A stretch of DNA of 64,000 bases. It comes from an uncultured Alphaproteobacteria bacterium. Its GTDB lineage: Bacteria; Pseudomonadota; Alphaproteobacteria; Rhizobiales; Xanthobacteraceae. The notes under the pieces were generated by a model. It was not told the DNA's origin and did not search any database. It saw nothing but the letters and a program-made list of their open reading frames with translations. Shown one piece after another: positions 20,126-30,116 of this stretch. The position numbers and the translations under genes are program-made. The stretch is taken from NCBI GenBank assembly GCA_963819355.1, contig CAWFVZ010000002.1, positions 13,771 to 77,770 of the forward strand, written 5' to 3'. Position 1 is the stretch's first letter, and every line of letters starts with the position of its first letter.

Positions 20126-21069
20126 TGGCCGCAGAGAACGGGCACACAGCGAAGGAGACAGTAGCGATCCGACGTGCCGATGGCGAAAGCCGTACGCTCG
20201 CCGCTTCGCTGCCGCGCCTGGTGCTGGAAGCCCGCCGCATCGCCGCCAACGTCATCCACGGCCTGCACGGCCGCCGCCGCGCCGGTTCCGGCGAAAATTT
20301 CTGGCAATACCGCCGCTTCGTCTCCGGCGAGCCGTCGCAGAACGTCGATTGGCGGCGCTCGGCACGTGACGACCATCTCTATGTCCGCGAGCTTGAATGG
20401 GAAGCCTCGCACACGGTCTGGATCTGGCCCGACCGCTCGCCTTCGATGGCGTTCGCTTCGAAGACCGCACGCGAGTCCAAGCTGGAGCGCACGCTGATTG
20501 TCGCGTTCGCGTTGGCCGAGCTGCTGGTCGCGGGCGGTGAACGCGTCGGCATTCCCGGATTGATGGCGCCGACCGCGAGCCGCAGTGTCATCGACAAGAT
20601 GGCGCAGGCGATGCTGCATGACGATGCCGACCGGCTGAGCCTGCCGCCCTCCTTCGTGCCTGCGGCGCTGGCCGAAACGATCGTGCTGTCGGATTTCTGG
20701 TCGCCGATATCAGAGATCCAGGCCACGCTCGCCGGCCTGTCCGGCTCGGGCGCGCATGGCACGCTGGTCCAGGTCGTCGATCCCGCAGAGGAATCGTTCC
20801 CCTATTCCGGCCGCGTCGAGTTCGTCGAGCCTGAAGGCTTTGGCGTGATCACCGCCGGCCGCGCCGAAAGCTGGGCGCAGGACTACACTGCGCGGCTCGC
20901 GCTCCACCGCGACCAGATCCGCGCCGAGACCAACAAGCTCGACTGGCTGTTCACGACGCATGCGACCGACCGCTCGGCCGCCGAGCTGCTGCTGTTCCTC
21001 CATGCCGGCATGCAGGTGAGCAAGTCGGGTGCGCGTACCACGGCGATCAAGGCGGGGCCGGCCGCATGA
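20125..21069 (+). CDS. DUF58 domain protein
   Basis: GENFWQYR, VDWRRSAR, YVRELE, DRSPSM. Confidence 0.92.
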   Translation: MAAENGHTAKETVAIRRADGESRTLAASLPRLVLEARRIAANVIHGLHGRRRAGSGENFWQYRRFVSGEPSQNVDWRRSARDDHLYVRELEWEASHTVWIWPDRSPSMAFASKTARESKLERTLIVAFALAELLVAGGERVGIPGLMAPTASRSVIDKMAQAMLHDDADRLSLPPSFVPAALAETIVLSDFWSPISEIQATLAGLSGSGAHGTLVQVVDPAEESFPYSGRVEFVEPEGFGVITAGRAESWAQDYTARLALHRDQIRAETNKLDWLFTTHATDRSAAELLLFLHAGMQVSKSGARTTAIKAGPAA

Positions 21070-23879
21070 TGGGATTGCCGCTCGCCTTCACCGAACCACT
21101 GCTCCTGATCGGCCTTATCAGCCTGCCGGTGCTGTGGTGGCTGCTGCGCGTGATGCCGCCGCGGCCGCGCCGCATCGAATTTCCGCCGACACGCCTGCTG
21201 TTCGACATCGCGCCGCGGGAAGAGACGCCCTCGCGGACGCCATGGTGGCTGACCGCGCTGCGCCTCCTGGCTGCGGCGCTGGTGATCTTCGCTGCCGCCG
21301 GCCCGATCTGGAATCCGCAGACCGGCCTCGCCGCCAGCAAGGCGCCGCTGATGATCATGCTCGACGACGGCTGGAGCGCCGCGTCGAACTGGGACATCAG
21401 GATCAGGGCCGCCGACGAGCTGATCGCCAATGCCGACAACGACCGCCGCGCGATCGCGCTGGTGCCGCTGTCCGAGCCGAACCGTGACATCACGCTGATG
21501 CCGGCGGGAGCGGCGCGCGTTGCGCTGCGCCAGCTCGCGCCAAAGCCCTATTCGATCGAGCGCGTTGAGACCCTGACCGCGATCGATCGTTTCCTGAATG
21601 CGACCGGCGACTGCGAGATCGCCTGGCTGTCCGACGGCGTCGATACCGGCCGCGGCGACGAGTTCGTGCAAGCGCTCGGCAAGACCGTCGGAGATCGCAG
21701 CTTGACGGTGTTCGAAGGCGGCACCTCCTCCCCACTGGCGCTGGTCGCGGCGGAGAATGCGGCTGCGAAAATGACGGTGAAGGTGCTGCGCACCGACAGC
21801 GGCATCGCCGCCGGCACCGTGCGGGCGCTGGACCAGAAGGCCTCGCCGATCGGCGAAGCGCGCTTTACCTTCGGGCCGCAGGACAAGGAGACCGAGGCGG
21901 CGTTCGACCTGCCGGTCGAGCTGCGCAACGACATCAGCCGGCTCGAGATCTCCGGCGAGCGTTCGGCCGGCGCGGTGCAGCTGCTCGACAAGCGCTGGCG
22001 TCGCCGCGCCATCGGCATCGTCTCGGGTGCGAGCAGCGAGACCGCGCAGCCGCTGCTGGCGCCGACCTTCTACCTCACCCGCGCGCTGGCGCCGTTCGCC
22101 GACGTGCGGCTCGCCGACAAGGGCTCGCCGCAGCAGGGCATCACCCAGTTCCTCGATCAGAAGCTGCCGATGATCATCCTGGCCGATGTCGGCACGGTCG
22201 CGCCCGAACTGCGCGAGCGTCTCAACGCCTGGATCGACCAGGGCGGCGTGCTGGTGCGATTCGCCGGTCCCCGGCTGGCGCAGGCCGAAGACGATCTCGT
22301 TCCGGTCAAGCTGCGCAAGGGCGGCCGCACGCTCGGCGGCAGCCTGACCTGGGAAAAGCCGCAGCATCTTGCCGCCTTCACGGCCGACGGCCCGTTTGCC
22401 GGCGTGTTCGTGCCCAAGGACGTCACCGTGAGCCGGCAGGTGCTGGCCGAGCCCGATGCCGTGCTCGCCACCAAGAGCTGGGCCTCGCTTGAAGACGGCA
22501 CGCCGCTCGTGACCGGCGAGCATCGCGGCAAGGGACTGGTCAGCCTGTTCCATGTCAGCGCCGACATGCGCTGGTCGGATTTGCCGATGTCGGGCACCTT
22601 CGTCGAAATGCTGCGGCGGATCGTCGACATGTCCGGCTACACCGCCAAGCCGGGCGCCGGTGTTGCCGGCGAGGTGGCCGCCGAGACGGTGGCGCCGCTG
22701 CACATCCTCGACGGCTTCGGTGCCTTCGGGCCGCCGCCGGCCACCGCCAAGCCGCTGACGGCTGATTATCGCGACCGCGCCACGCCGGATCATCCGCCCG
22801 GCTTCTACGGTCCGGCAGAAGGACCGCTCGCCGTGAACACGCTCGCCGCCGCCGACCGCATCGCAGCCCTCAACACCGCGGGGCTGCGCGCCCAGCACGC
22901 CACCTACACCAATGCCGAGCCGCGCGATCTGCGCGGCTGGCTGCTGTCGACGTCGCTCGCGCTGTTCCTGGTCGACGCCATCATCGTAGCCCTGCTCGGC
23001 GGCGGTCTCGCCGCGCTGCTGCGCCGCCGCGCCGCGCCTGCCATGATCGTGCTCGGGCTGGTGCTTGCGGGCCTGATGTCATTCGCGCCGACGCCGTCGC
23101 GCGCCGACAGTACGGCAGACGAGTTCGCGATGAAGTCGACGTCGCAGACCCGCCTCGCCTATGTCGTCACCGGCAACGCCGACGTCGATTCCATCGTCAA
23201 GGCGGGCCTGTCCGGTCTCACGCTGTTCCTGGCGCAGCGCACCGCGCTCGAGGCCGGCGATCCCGTCGGCATCGACCCCGCGCGCGACGAGCTCGCCTTC
23301 TTCCCGCTGATCTACTGGCCGATCGTGCCGGGCGTGCCGAAACCGCCACAGGACGCCATCAACAGGATCGACGCCTATATGAAGCAGGGCGGCACCGTGA
23401 TCTTCGACACCCGCGACGCGGTCGAAGCGCCGCCCGGCGAGAACGGCGCATCGCAGACGCCGGGCATGCAGGCCTTGCGCGAGATCCTGTCCTCGCTCGA
23501 CGTGCCCGAGCTCGAGCCGGTGCCGCGCGAGCACGTGCTGACCAAGACCTTCTATCTGCTGCGCGACTTCCCCGGCCGCTTCAACTCGGGTCAGACCTGG
23601 GTCGAAGCGCTACCGCGCGAGGACGACGACGAGAGCGCGCAGAAGCCCGCGCGCGGCGGCGACGGCGTCTCGCCGATCATCATCACCTCCAACGACCTTG
23701 CGGGCGCCTGGGCGCTCCGTCCCGACGGCCAGCCGATGCTGCCGCTGAGCCCGGGCGAGCCGCGCCAACGCGAATTCGCCTACCGCGCCGGCGTCAACAT
23801 CGTGATGTACACGCTGACCGGCAACTACAAGGCCGACCAGGTGCACGCACCGGCGCTCATCGAACGGCTGGGGCAATAG
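21066..23879 (+). CDS. BatA N-terminal double-TM / VWA-like / DUF4159 membrane protein
   Basis: FTEP..L...W...P start, LDDGWS MIDAS-like motif, C-terminal AGVNIVMYTLTGNYKADQ. Confidence 0.85.
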   Translation: MMGLPLAFTEPLLLIGLISLPVLWWLLRVMPPRPRRIEFPPTRLLFDIAPREETPSRTPWWLTALRLLAAALVIFAAAGPIWNPQTGLAASKAPLMIMLDDGWSAASNWDIRIRAADELIANADNDRRAIALVPLSEPNRDITLMPAGAARVALRQLAPKPYSIERVETLTAIDRFLNATGDCEIAWLSDGVDTGRGDEFVQALGKTVGDRSLTVFEGGTSSPLALVAAENAAAKMTVKVLRTDSGIAAGTVRALDQKASPIGEARFTFGPQDKETEAAFDLPVELRNDISRLEISGERSAGAVQLLDKRWRRRAIGIVSGASSETAQPLLAPTFYLTRALAPFADVRLADKGSPQQGITQFLDQKLPMIILADVGTVAPELRERLNAWIDQGGVLVRFAGPRLAQAEDDLVPVKLRKGGRTLGGSLTWEKPQHLAAFTADGPFAGVFVPKDVTVSRQVLAEPDAVLATKSWASLEDGTPLVTGEHRGKGLVSLFHVSADMRWSDLPMSGTFVEMLRRIVDMSGYTAKPGAGVAGEVAAETVAPLHILDGFGAFGPPPATAKPLTADYRDRATPDHPPGFYGPAEGPLAVNTLAAADRIAALNTAGLRAQHATYTNAEPRDLRGWLLSTSLALFLVDAIIVALLGGGLAALLRRRAAPAMIVLGLVLAGLMSFAPTPSRADSTADEFAMKSTSQTRLAYVVTGNADVDSIVKAGLSGLTLFLAQRTALEAGDPVGIDPARDELAFFPLIYWPIVPGVPKPPQDAINRIDAYMKQGGTVIFDTRDAVEAPPGENGASQTPGMQALREILSSLDVPELEPVPREHVLTKTFYLLRDFPGRFNSGQTWVEALPREDDDESAQKPARGGDGVSPIIITSNDLAGAWALRPDGQPMLPLSPGEPRQREFAYRAGVNIVMYTLTGNYKADQVHAPALIERLGQ

Positions 23880-23886
23880 GACCGAG

Positions 23887-25950
23887 ATGAATTACGGCAT
23901 CGCGTTCACGCCGCTGGTTCCCACGATCGTCCTGTGGATCGCGCTCGCTGCGATCGTGGTCATCGCGCTCGTGCTGCTGCTCGCACGGGCGCGCGGCACC
24001 GCGGTGCGCGTGGCAGCACTTGCGCTGTTCCTGCTGGCGCTCGCCAATCCCTCCTTCACGCGCGAGGATCGCGATCCCCTCACCTCGATCGCCGCCGTGA
24101 TCGTCGACAAGAGCCCGAGCCAGAATTTCGGCAAGCGCAACCAGGAGGCCGCGCAGGCCCAGGAGGCGCTGGTCGACAGCCTGAAGAAGATCAAGGGGCT
24201 CGAGGTGCGCGTCGTCGATGCCGGACAGGCCGACGGCGAGACCGACGGCACCCGTCTGTTCGGCGCGCTGGCCTCCACGCTTTCGGACGTGCCGGTCGAT
24301 CGCGTCGCCGGCGCGTTCCTGATCACCGACGGCCGCGTTCACGACATCCCGGCCAACGCCGCCGCGCTCGGCTTCCAGGCGCCGATACATGCGCTGATCA
24401 CCGGGCAGAAGGACGAACGCGACCGGCGCATCGCGATCACGGCAGCGCCCCGTTTCGGCATCGTCGGCCAGAACCAGACCATCACCTACCGGCTCGACGA
24501 CCAGGGCGTCACTGGCGAGCGCGCCAAGGTGACGGTCCGCCGCGACGGCGAGGTCATCAACGAGCGCACGCTCTCGAGCGGTCAGACCGCAAGCGTCGAC
24601 GTCGAGATCAAGCATGCCGGCCCGAACATCGTCGAGATCGAGGCCTCACCGCTCGAGCGCGAGCTGACGCCGGTGAACAACCGCGCCGTCGTCGCCATCG
24701 ACGGCGTGCGCGACAAGCTGCGCGTGCTGCTGGTCTCCGGCGAGCCGCATTCCGGCGAACGCACCTGGCGCAATCTCTTGAAGTCCGACGCCAGCGTCGA
24801 CCTCGTGCACTTCACGATTCTGCGTCCGCCGGAGAAGCAGGACGGCACGCCGATCAACGAATTGTCGCTGATCGCGTTTCCGACCCGCGAGCTGTTCCAG
24901 CAGAAGATCAACGAATTCCAGCTGATCATCTTCGACCGCTACGCCCGCCAGGGCGTGCTTCCGATCGCCTATTTCGACAACATCGCGCGCTATGTGCGCT
25001 CGGGCGGCGCCGTGCTGGTCTCGGCCGGCCCCGACTACGCCTCCAACACCAGCATCTGGCGCACGCCGCTGGATTCGGTGCTGCCGGCAGAGCCCGTCGG
25101 TGTGACCGAGAAGCCGTTCTATGCGCATCTGTCCGACGTCGGCAAACGTCATCCGGTGACGCGCGGGCTGGAAGGCTCGGCAACCGAGCCGCCGCACTGG
25201 AGCCGCTTCTTCCGCACCGTCGATACCCGCAATTCCGTCAACCCGCCGGTGATGACGGGCGCGGACGGCAAGCCGCTATTGTTCCTGACGCGCTTCGGCG
25301 AGGGCCGCGTCGCGCTCTTGCTGTCCGACCACATCTGGCTGTGGGCGCGCGGCTATGAAGGTGGCGGCCCGCATCTCGATCTCTTACGGCGGATGTCGCA
25401 CTGGCTGATGAAGCAGCCGGACCTCGACGAGGAAGCGCTGCGCCTCCAGGTGCAGGGCAAGGATCTCGTGGTGGTGCGTCAGACCATGGCGGACAGCGTC
25501 CAGCCGGTGAGCGTGACCTCGCCCTCCGGGGTCTCGCATGATCTGACGCTCAGCCCTGGCGACCCCGGCGAGTGGCGCGCCAGCCTGCCGGCCAGCGAGC
25601 TCGGCCTGTGGCAGGCGACCGATGGCACGCTGAAGGCGCTGATCAATGTCGGCCCGACCAATCCGAAGGAGTTTTCGGAAGTCACCTCCACCACCGAGAC
25701 CCTGAAGCCGCTGACGCAGGCCACCGGCGGCAACGCGGTGCGGATCGCGGATGGCTCCAGTGTCGAGCTGCCGCGCATCGTCCCGGTGCGATCGGCGAGC
25801 GTATTTGCAGGCGACGGCTGGATGGGGATGCGAATGCGCGACGCCAGCGTCGTGAAGGGCGTCGGCGTGCTGCCGATCTTCGCCGGGCTGATCGGGCTCC
25901 TGCTGCTGCTCGGCGCGTTCACCGCGACCTGGGTCCGCGAAGGACGCTGA
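23887..25950 (+). CDS. conserved membrane protein with VWA-like and class I glutamine amidotransferase-like domains
   Basis: VDKSPSQ, LITDG, VLLVSGEPH, translationally linked to the upstream operon. Confidence 0.75.
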   Translation: MNYGIAFTPLVPTIVLWIALAAIVVIALVLLLARARGTAVRVAALALFLLALANPSFTREDRDPLTSIAAVIVDKSPSQNFGKRNQEAAQAQEALVDSLKKIKGLEVRVVDAGQADGETDGTRLFGALASTLSDVPVDRVAGAFLITDGRVHDIPANAAALGFQAPIHALITGQKDERDRRIAITAAPRFGIVGQNQTITYRLDDQGVTGERAKVTVRRDGEVINERTLSSGQTASVDVEIKHAGPNIVEIEASPLERELTPVNNRAVVAIDGVRDKLRVLLVSGEPHSGERTWRNLLKSDASVDLVHFTILRPPEKQDGTPINELSLIAFPTRELFQQKINEFQLIIFDRYARQGVLPIAYFDNIARYVRSGGAVLVSAGPDYASNTSIWRTPLDSVLPAEPVGVTEKPFYAHLSDVGKRHPVTRGLEGSATEPPHWSRFFRTVDTRNSVNPPVMTGADGKPLLFLTRFGEGRVALLLSDHIWLWARGYEGGGPHLDLLRRMSHWLMKQPDLDEEALRLQVQGKDLVVVRQTMADSVQPVSVTSPSGVSHDLTLSPGDPGEWRASLPASELGLWQATDGTLKALINVGPTNPKEFSEVTSTTETLKPLTQATGGNAVRIADGSSVELPRIVPVRSASVFAGDGWMGMRMRDASVVKGVGVLPIFAGLIGLLLLLGAFTATWVREGR

Positions 25951-26029
25951 TCGTTGCACGAACGACACATCGAGCAGCCGGCCCGCGCGGGCCGCTGCGG
26001 CGGCGATTGACATCCGTTCATCGTTCGAG

Positions 26030-26050
26030 CGATGTTACAATATTACATCG
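26030..26050. promoter_or_regulatory. Fur-family (Zur-like) box overlapping a TTGACA promoter
   Basis: CGATGTTACAATATTACATCG palindrome, with TTGACA at 26007. Confidence 0.6.
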
Positions 26051-26097
26051 CGACGTCAGGGGATTGGCGTCACGCGATGCGCGGGTGGCATTTCCAG

Positions 26098-26490
26098 ATG
26101 AAGTGGTTCCGGTCGAATATCAGGCACGGCGCCCGGCTCGCGATGTTCGCGATGCTGGTGCAGTTCGCACTGACGTTCGGCCACAGCCACTGGTTCGCCC
26201 AGGCCGCCCCCCTCGCACAATCTCAGCTGAGCGACAGCGCGATCGCTTCGATCGACCGCGTCGCGGTCCAGAAGAAGTCACCCGCAGCCCCCGACCGCGA
26301 GCAGCCGGGCGACGACAATTGCGCGATCTGCGCTTTGGTCGCGATGGCCGGCACGGTCATGTTCGCGACGCCGCCCTTGCTGCTGTTGCCGCAGGCGGTC
26401 GAACTGCTTTACCGCACCACCGATGCCGAATTCATCCATCTGGAATCGGCCAGCACGGCTTTCCAGCCGCGTGCCCCTCCCGCCTCCTGA
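26098..26490 (+). CDS. DUF2946 (CruR/CutF-like) leader protein
   Basis: N-terminal hydrophobic helix, CAIC motif, C-terminal QPRAPPAS-stop. Confidence 0.85.
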   Translation: MKWFRSNIRHGARLAMFAMLVQFALTFGHSHWFAQAAPLAQSQLSDSAIASIDRVAVQKKSPAAPDREQPGDDNCAICALVAMAGTVMFATPPLLLLPQAVELLYRTTDAEFIHLESASTAFQPRAPPAS

Positions 26491-26640
26491 TCCCCATCGA
26501 TTGAGCTGCCATCGGGTTAGGCCGTGCGTTCAAGCCGACCCCGCAAGGCTTTCGAAATTGATCCGTCGCGTAGCGATGGCGCGTGCCGCCTGCCAAGCCT
26601 CGAAAACGAGCGCGGCGGTGTGCGATCGGAAATCAGGACA

Positions 26641-28914
26641 ATGCGGTCTCCCAAACCAATATTGGCGGGCACAAGCATCGCCGCACTCACGCTGTTCCAT
26701 CTCGGTAGCAGCGCCATGGCGCAGACCGCAACGACGCCCACCGTCACGACGCTGCCCAGCGTCGAGGTCGATGCGCCCAAGCGGACGCAGGCGCCGCGCC
26801 GCCCCAAGGTTCGCGTCGCCGTCGAGAAGCGACGTGCAACCCCGCAGGCACGGCCGCAGACCGACGCGCCGGCCACGGTCGAGGGCCAGAGCGAACGGCT
26901 CGACGCCGCGCGCCAAAGCGTCCTTCCGCCTGGCGGAGCCACGGCTCATACGCTCAATCGCCAGGCGATCGAGGCGCTGCCTCAGGGCACCAATGCCTCG
27001 CTCGACAAGGTGCTGCTGCAGTTTCCCGGCGTCACGCAGGATTCGGCGGCGAGCGGCGACCTGCATGTCCGCAACGAGCACGCCAATCTGCAATATCGCA
27101 TCAACGGCGTCATGCTTCCCGACGGCGTCGGCGCATTCGGGCAGATTCTCGACACCGGCATCGTCGGCAGCCTCAGCCTGCTCACCGGCGCGCTGCCGGC
27201 ACAATATGGCCAGCGAACGGCAGGGGTGCTGGACATCCAGACCAAGGCCGACGCCTTCAACAATTCGGGTGTCGTCGGCGTCTATGGCGGCAGCAACGGC
27301 ACCATCTCGACCAACGTCGAATATGGTGGGACGGCCGGCCAGACCCAGTATTTCCTGTCGGGACGCTTTCTTCAGAACAATCTCGGCATCGAGAACCCGA
27401 CCCCGTCGGTCAATGCGATTCACGACCGCACCAACCAGGAGAAGGGATTTCTCTATCTCTCGACGATGATCGATCCGACCAGCCGCCTCACCTTCATGAG
27501 CGGCGTGTCGAACGCGACATTCCAAGTTCCGAACAATCCCGGCCAGACGCCGAATTTCACGGCGTTCGGCGTCTCGAATTTCGACTCGTCCCGGCTCAAC
27601 GAGCACCAGAACGAGTTCAATCAATTCAATGTCGTCTCCTACCAGACATCGAACGGCGAGTTCGACACCCAGACCTCCTACTTCAACCGCACTAGCCAGT
27701 TGCACTTCTATCCCGACCCGGTCGGCGATCTCGTGTTCAACGGTGTGTCCTCGGACGTCTATCGCCAGAGCGTGGTCAACGGCATCCAGCAGGACATTTC
27801 GTGGCGCGTCGGCTATGCGCACACGCTGCGCTTCGGCCTTTCGGTGAGCGCGGAGCGAACGCTGGTCAACAGCGGGACCACGGTGCTGCCGCTGGTCGAT
27901 CCCGCGGACCCGACGGCGGGCACGATCGACGCTCCCTTCTCGGTGTTCGATTCCAGCGCCAAGACCGGCTGGCTGATCGGGACCTACGTCCAGGATGAAT
28001 GGAAGATCACCAACAATCTGACGCTCAACGCGGGCCTGCGCTTCGACCAGATGTACCAATATGTCGACGCAAACCAGCTCAGCCCGCGCGTCAGCCTGAC
28101 CTGGAAGCCGTTCGATGGCACCACGTTCCACGCGGGCTATGCGCGCAACTTCACCCCGCCCTCACAGGTGATCGCCGCACCGGTCAATCTCGCGCTGGTG
28201 ACCCCGCCCGGCGCGCCTGCCAACACGCAGACGCCGGAGGTCGCGCAGAACAGCCCGGTCCTGCCGGAGCGGTCGCACGTGTTCGACATCGGCGTGGTGC
28301 AGAAGATTGATCCGGTCCCCGGTCTCGAGGTCGGCGTCGACGCCTACTACAAGAAGGCGCGCGACCTGCTCGACGACGGCCAGTTCGGCGCGGCTTATGT
28401 GCTGAGCGGCTTCAACTATGATCGCGGCGAGAATGTCGGCGTCGAGCTCAAATCGACCTACCGCAACGGCAATTTCAGCGCTTACGCCAATCTGGCCTGG
28501 GCCAAGCAGATCGCAACCAATGTCGTCTCGAACCAGTATCTGTTCGGCGCGGATGAGCTCGCCTATATCGCGGGCCATTACGTCTACACCGACCACGCCC
28601 AGATGCTGTCGGCATCGGCCGGCGCCTCCTATCTCTGGGAAGGAACGCGCTACAGCGTGTCGATGATCTATGGCAGCGGCCTGCGCTCGGGCTTTGCCAA
28701 CACCGATCATCTGCCGGGCTACACGCAGGTGAATCTCGGCCTGTCGCATGACTTCAACATCGTCGCACCGAACAAGCCGACGACGCTGCGCTTCGACGTG
28801 GTTAATGTGTTCGACACGATCTACCAGATCCGCGACGGCTCCGGCATCGGCGTGTTCGCCCCGCAATACGGACCGCGCCGCGGCTTCTACTTCGGCGTCT
28901 CGCAGCAGTTCTAG
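26641..28914 (+). CDS. TonB-dependent receptor
   Basis: Signal peptide, TonB-box-like LPSVEVDA, plug motif QFPGV...LHVR, NAGLRFD, and terminal Phe. Confidence 0.92.
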   Translation: MRSPKPILAGTSIAALTLFHLGSSAMAQTATTPTVTTLPSVEVDAPKRTQAPRRPKVRVAVEKRRATPQARPQTDAPATVEGQSERLDAARQSVLPPGGATAHTLNRQAIEALPQGTNASLDKVLLQFPGVTQDSAASGDLHVRNEHANLQYRINGVMLPDGVGAFGQILDTGIVGSLSLLTGALPAQYGQRTAGVLDIQTKADAFNNSGVVGVYGGSNGTISTNVEYGGTAGQTQYFLSGRFLQNNLGIENPTPSVNAIHDRTNQEKGFLYLSTMIDPTSRLTFMSGVSNATFQVPNNPGQTPNFTAFGVSNFDSSRLNEHQNEFNQFNVVSYQTSNGEFDTQTSYFNRTSQLHFYPDPVGDLVFNGVSSDVYRQSVVNGIQQDISWRVGYAHTLRFGLSVSAERTLVNSGTTVLPLVDPADPTAGTIDAPFSVFDSSAKTGWLIGTYVQDEWKITNNLTLNAGLRFDQMYQYVDANQLSPRVSLTWKPFDGTTFHAGYARNFTPPSQVIAAPVNLALVTPPGAPANTQTPEVAQNSPVLPERSHVFDIGVVQKIDPVPGLEVGVDAYYKKARDLLDDGQFGAAYVLSGFNYDRGENVGVELKSTYRNGNFSAYANLAWAKQIATNVVSNQYLFGADELAYIAGHYVYTDHAQMLSASAGASYLWEGTRYSVSMIYGSGLRSGFANTDHLPGYTQVNLGLSHDFNIVAPNKPTTLRFDVVNVFDTIYQIRDGSGIGVFAPQYGPRRGFYFGVSQQF

Positions 28915-29132
28915 CCGCGGGCTTCCGTTTCAGTCGGGGCCCGCGGGCCCCGACACGCCTCGTCCGGTTGCGGGGTCAGGCAAAATCAGCGCCAACGCGC
29001 GATCGCCACGCGGGGAGCGGCGGGCCATCGCCCACGTCCCAAAAAACTGAAACGATGACTTTCAATTATTTTATTTCTGTTTCGCTCGCTGAGCCAGCAA
29101 CCACATCATCGCTCCACAGACAGGAGCCTCCG

Positions 29133-29549
29133 ATGACCCAACAGGCCAGCAAGACCAACGCCCCGCTATCGGTGGGCGCCGATGTGAGCGGGATAGAGAC
29201 GCTGCTCAACCGCAACCTGCAGGATGTCTTCGGTGAAGGCGATCCGGCGCGCCGAAGGCGCGCAATCCGGGAACTCTACACTGAGGACTGCGTGCTGTAC
29301 GCGCCGCCCGGCACCTTCGTCGGTCACGACGCACTGGACAAGTTCGCCGGCGATCTCCGGGCGACGCATCCGCATTTTGTCTATACGCCGCACGGCTCGC
29401 CCCAGGTCCTGCACAATTCGGGACGCCTGTCATGGGGATCGGGGCCGAAGGGCGAAGCGCCCGCCTACACCGGTGTGGATTTCGTCATCGCGCGCGACTG
29501 CAAGATCGCGGCTCTCTATGTTTACGTCGACTCGCCGTTAACAGAATGA
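29133..29549 (+). CDS. SnoaL/NTF2-like protein
   Basis: VFGEGDPARRRRAIRELY...GVDFVIARD.KI, with CAGGAG SD. Confidence 0.85.
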   Translation: MTQQASKTNAPLSVGADVSGIETLLNRNLQDVFGEGDPARRRRAIRELYTEDCVLYAPPGTFVGHDALDKFAGDLRATHPHFVYTPHGSPQVLHNSGRLSWGSGPKGEAPAYTGVDFVIARDCKIAALYVYVDSPLTE

Positions 29550-29572
29550 GGGAGCCGAAGCGCGCCTGATGC

Positions 29573-30055
29573 TCACGTCGAGCGCGTGAGCCGCTTCTCG
29601 TAGCGCCACTGGTCCACGGGAAAAGGCCCGTTCGAGGTCTCCGACAACATCACGAAGGTGCCAGCCATGCGCCAGCCGCTTTTCTCGTAGAATCGCGCAG
29701 CGCGCGTATTGCCGATCGCGCATGCGAGCCACGCCGTCTCCACACCGCGCGCGGCAAGCCGTGCCTCCGCGTCGGCGATCAGCGCGGCGGCTACGCCGGA
29801 GCCGTGCGCTTCGGGCGCCACGAAGAGCTGGTACAATTCCTCGCCCCTGAGGACACAGAGACCGAGGGGCCCGCCGACCGGCCCGACGACATAGATCTCA
29901 GGGAGTGCCGCCTCGAGCCGATCGCGAAAGCTCGCAAGCGTGCGAAGGCGGATCAGCTCGGGCGGCGCAAAGGACGCATGCGACTGGTGCCAGACGTCAT
30001 GCCACAAGCGCGCGAGACGATCGATCTCACTGGCATCAGCGGGCCTGACTTGCAT
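29573..30055 (-). CDS. GNAT acetyltransferase
   Basis: LYQLFV..AHGSGVA, N..A..FYEKSGW. Confidence 0.9.
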   Translation of the reverse strand: MQVRPADASEIDRLARLWHDVWHQSHASFAPPELIRLRTLASFRDRLEAALPEIYVVGPVGGPLGLCVLRGEELYQLFVAPEAHGSGVAAALIADAEARLAARGVETAWLACAIGNTRAARFYEKSGWRMAGTFVMLSETSNGPFPVDQWRYEKRLTRST

Positions 30056-30116
30056 CTTCGGCACTCCAGAAGGCGGCAATTGGCGTGCTCAAGTGCAATG
30101 GCGCGCACGCCGCGCT

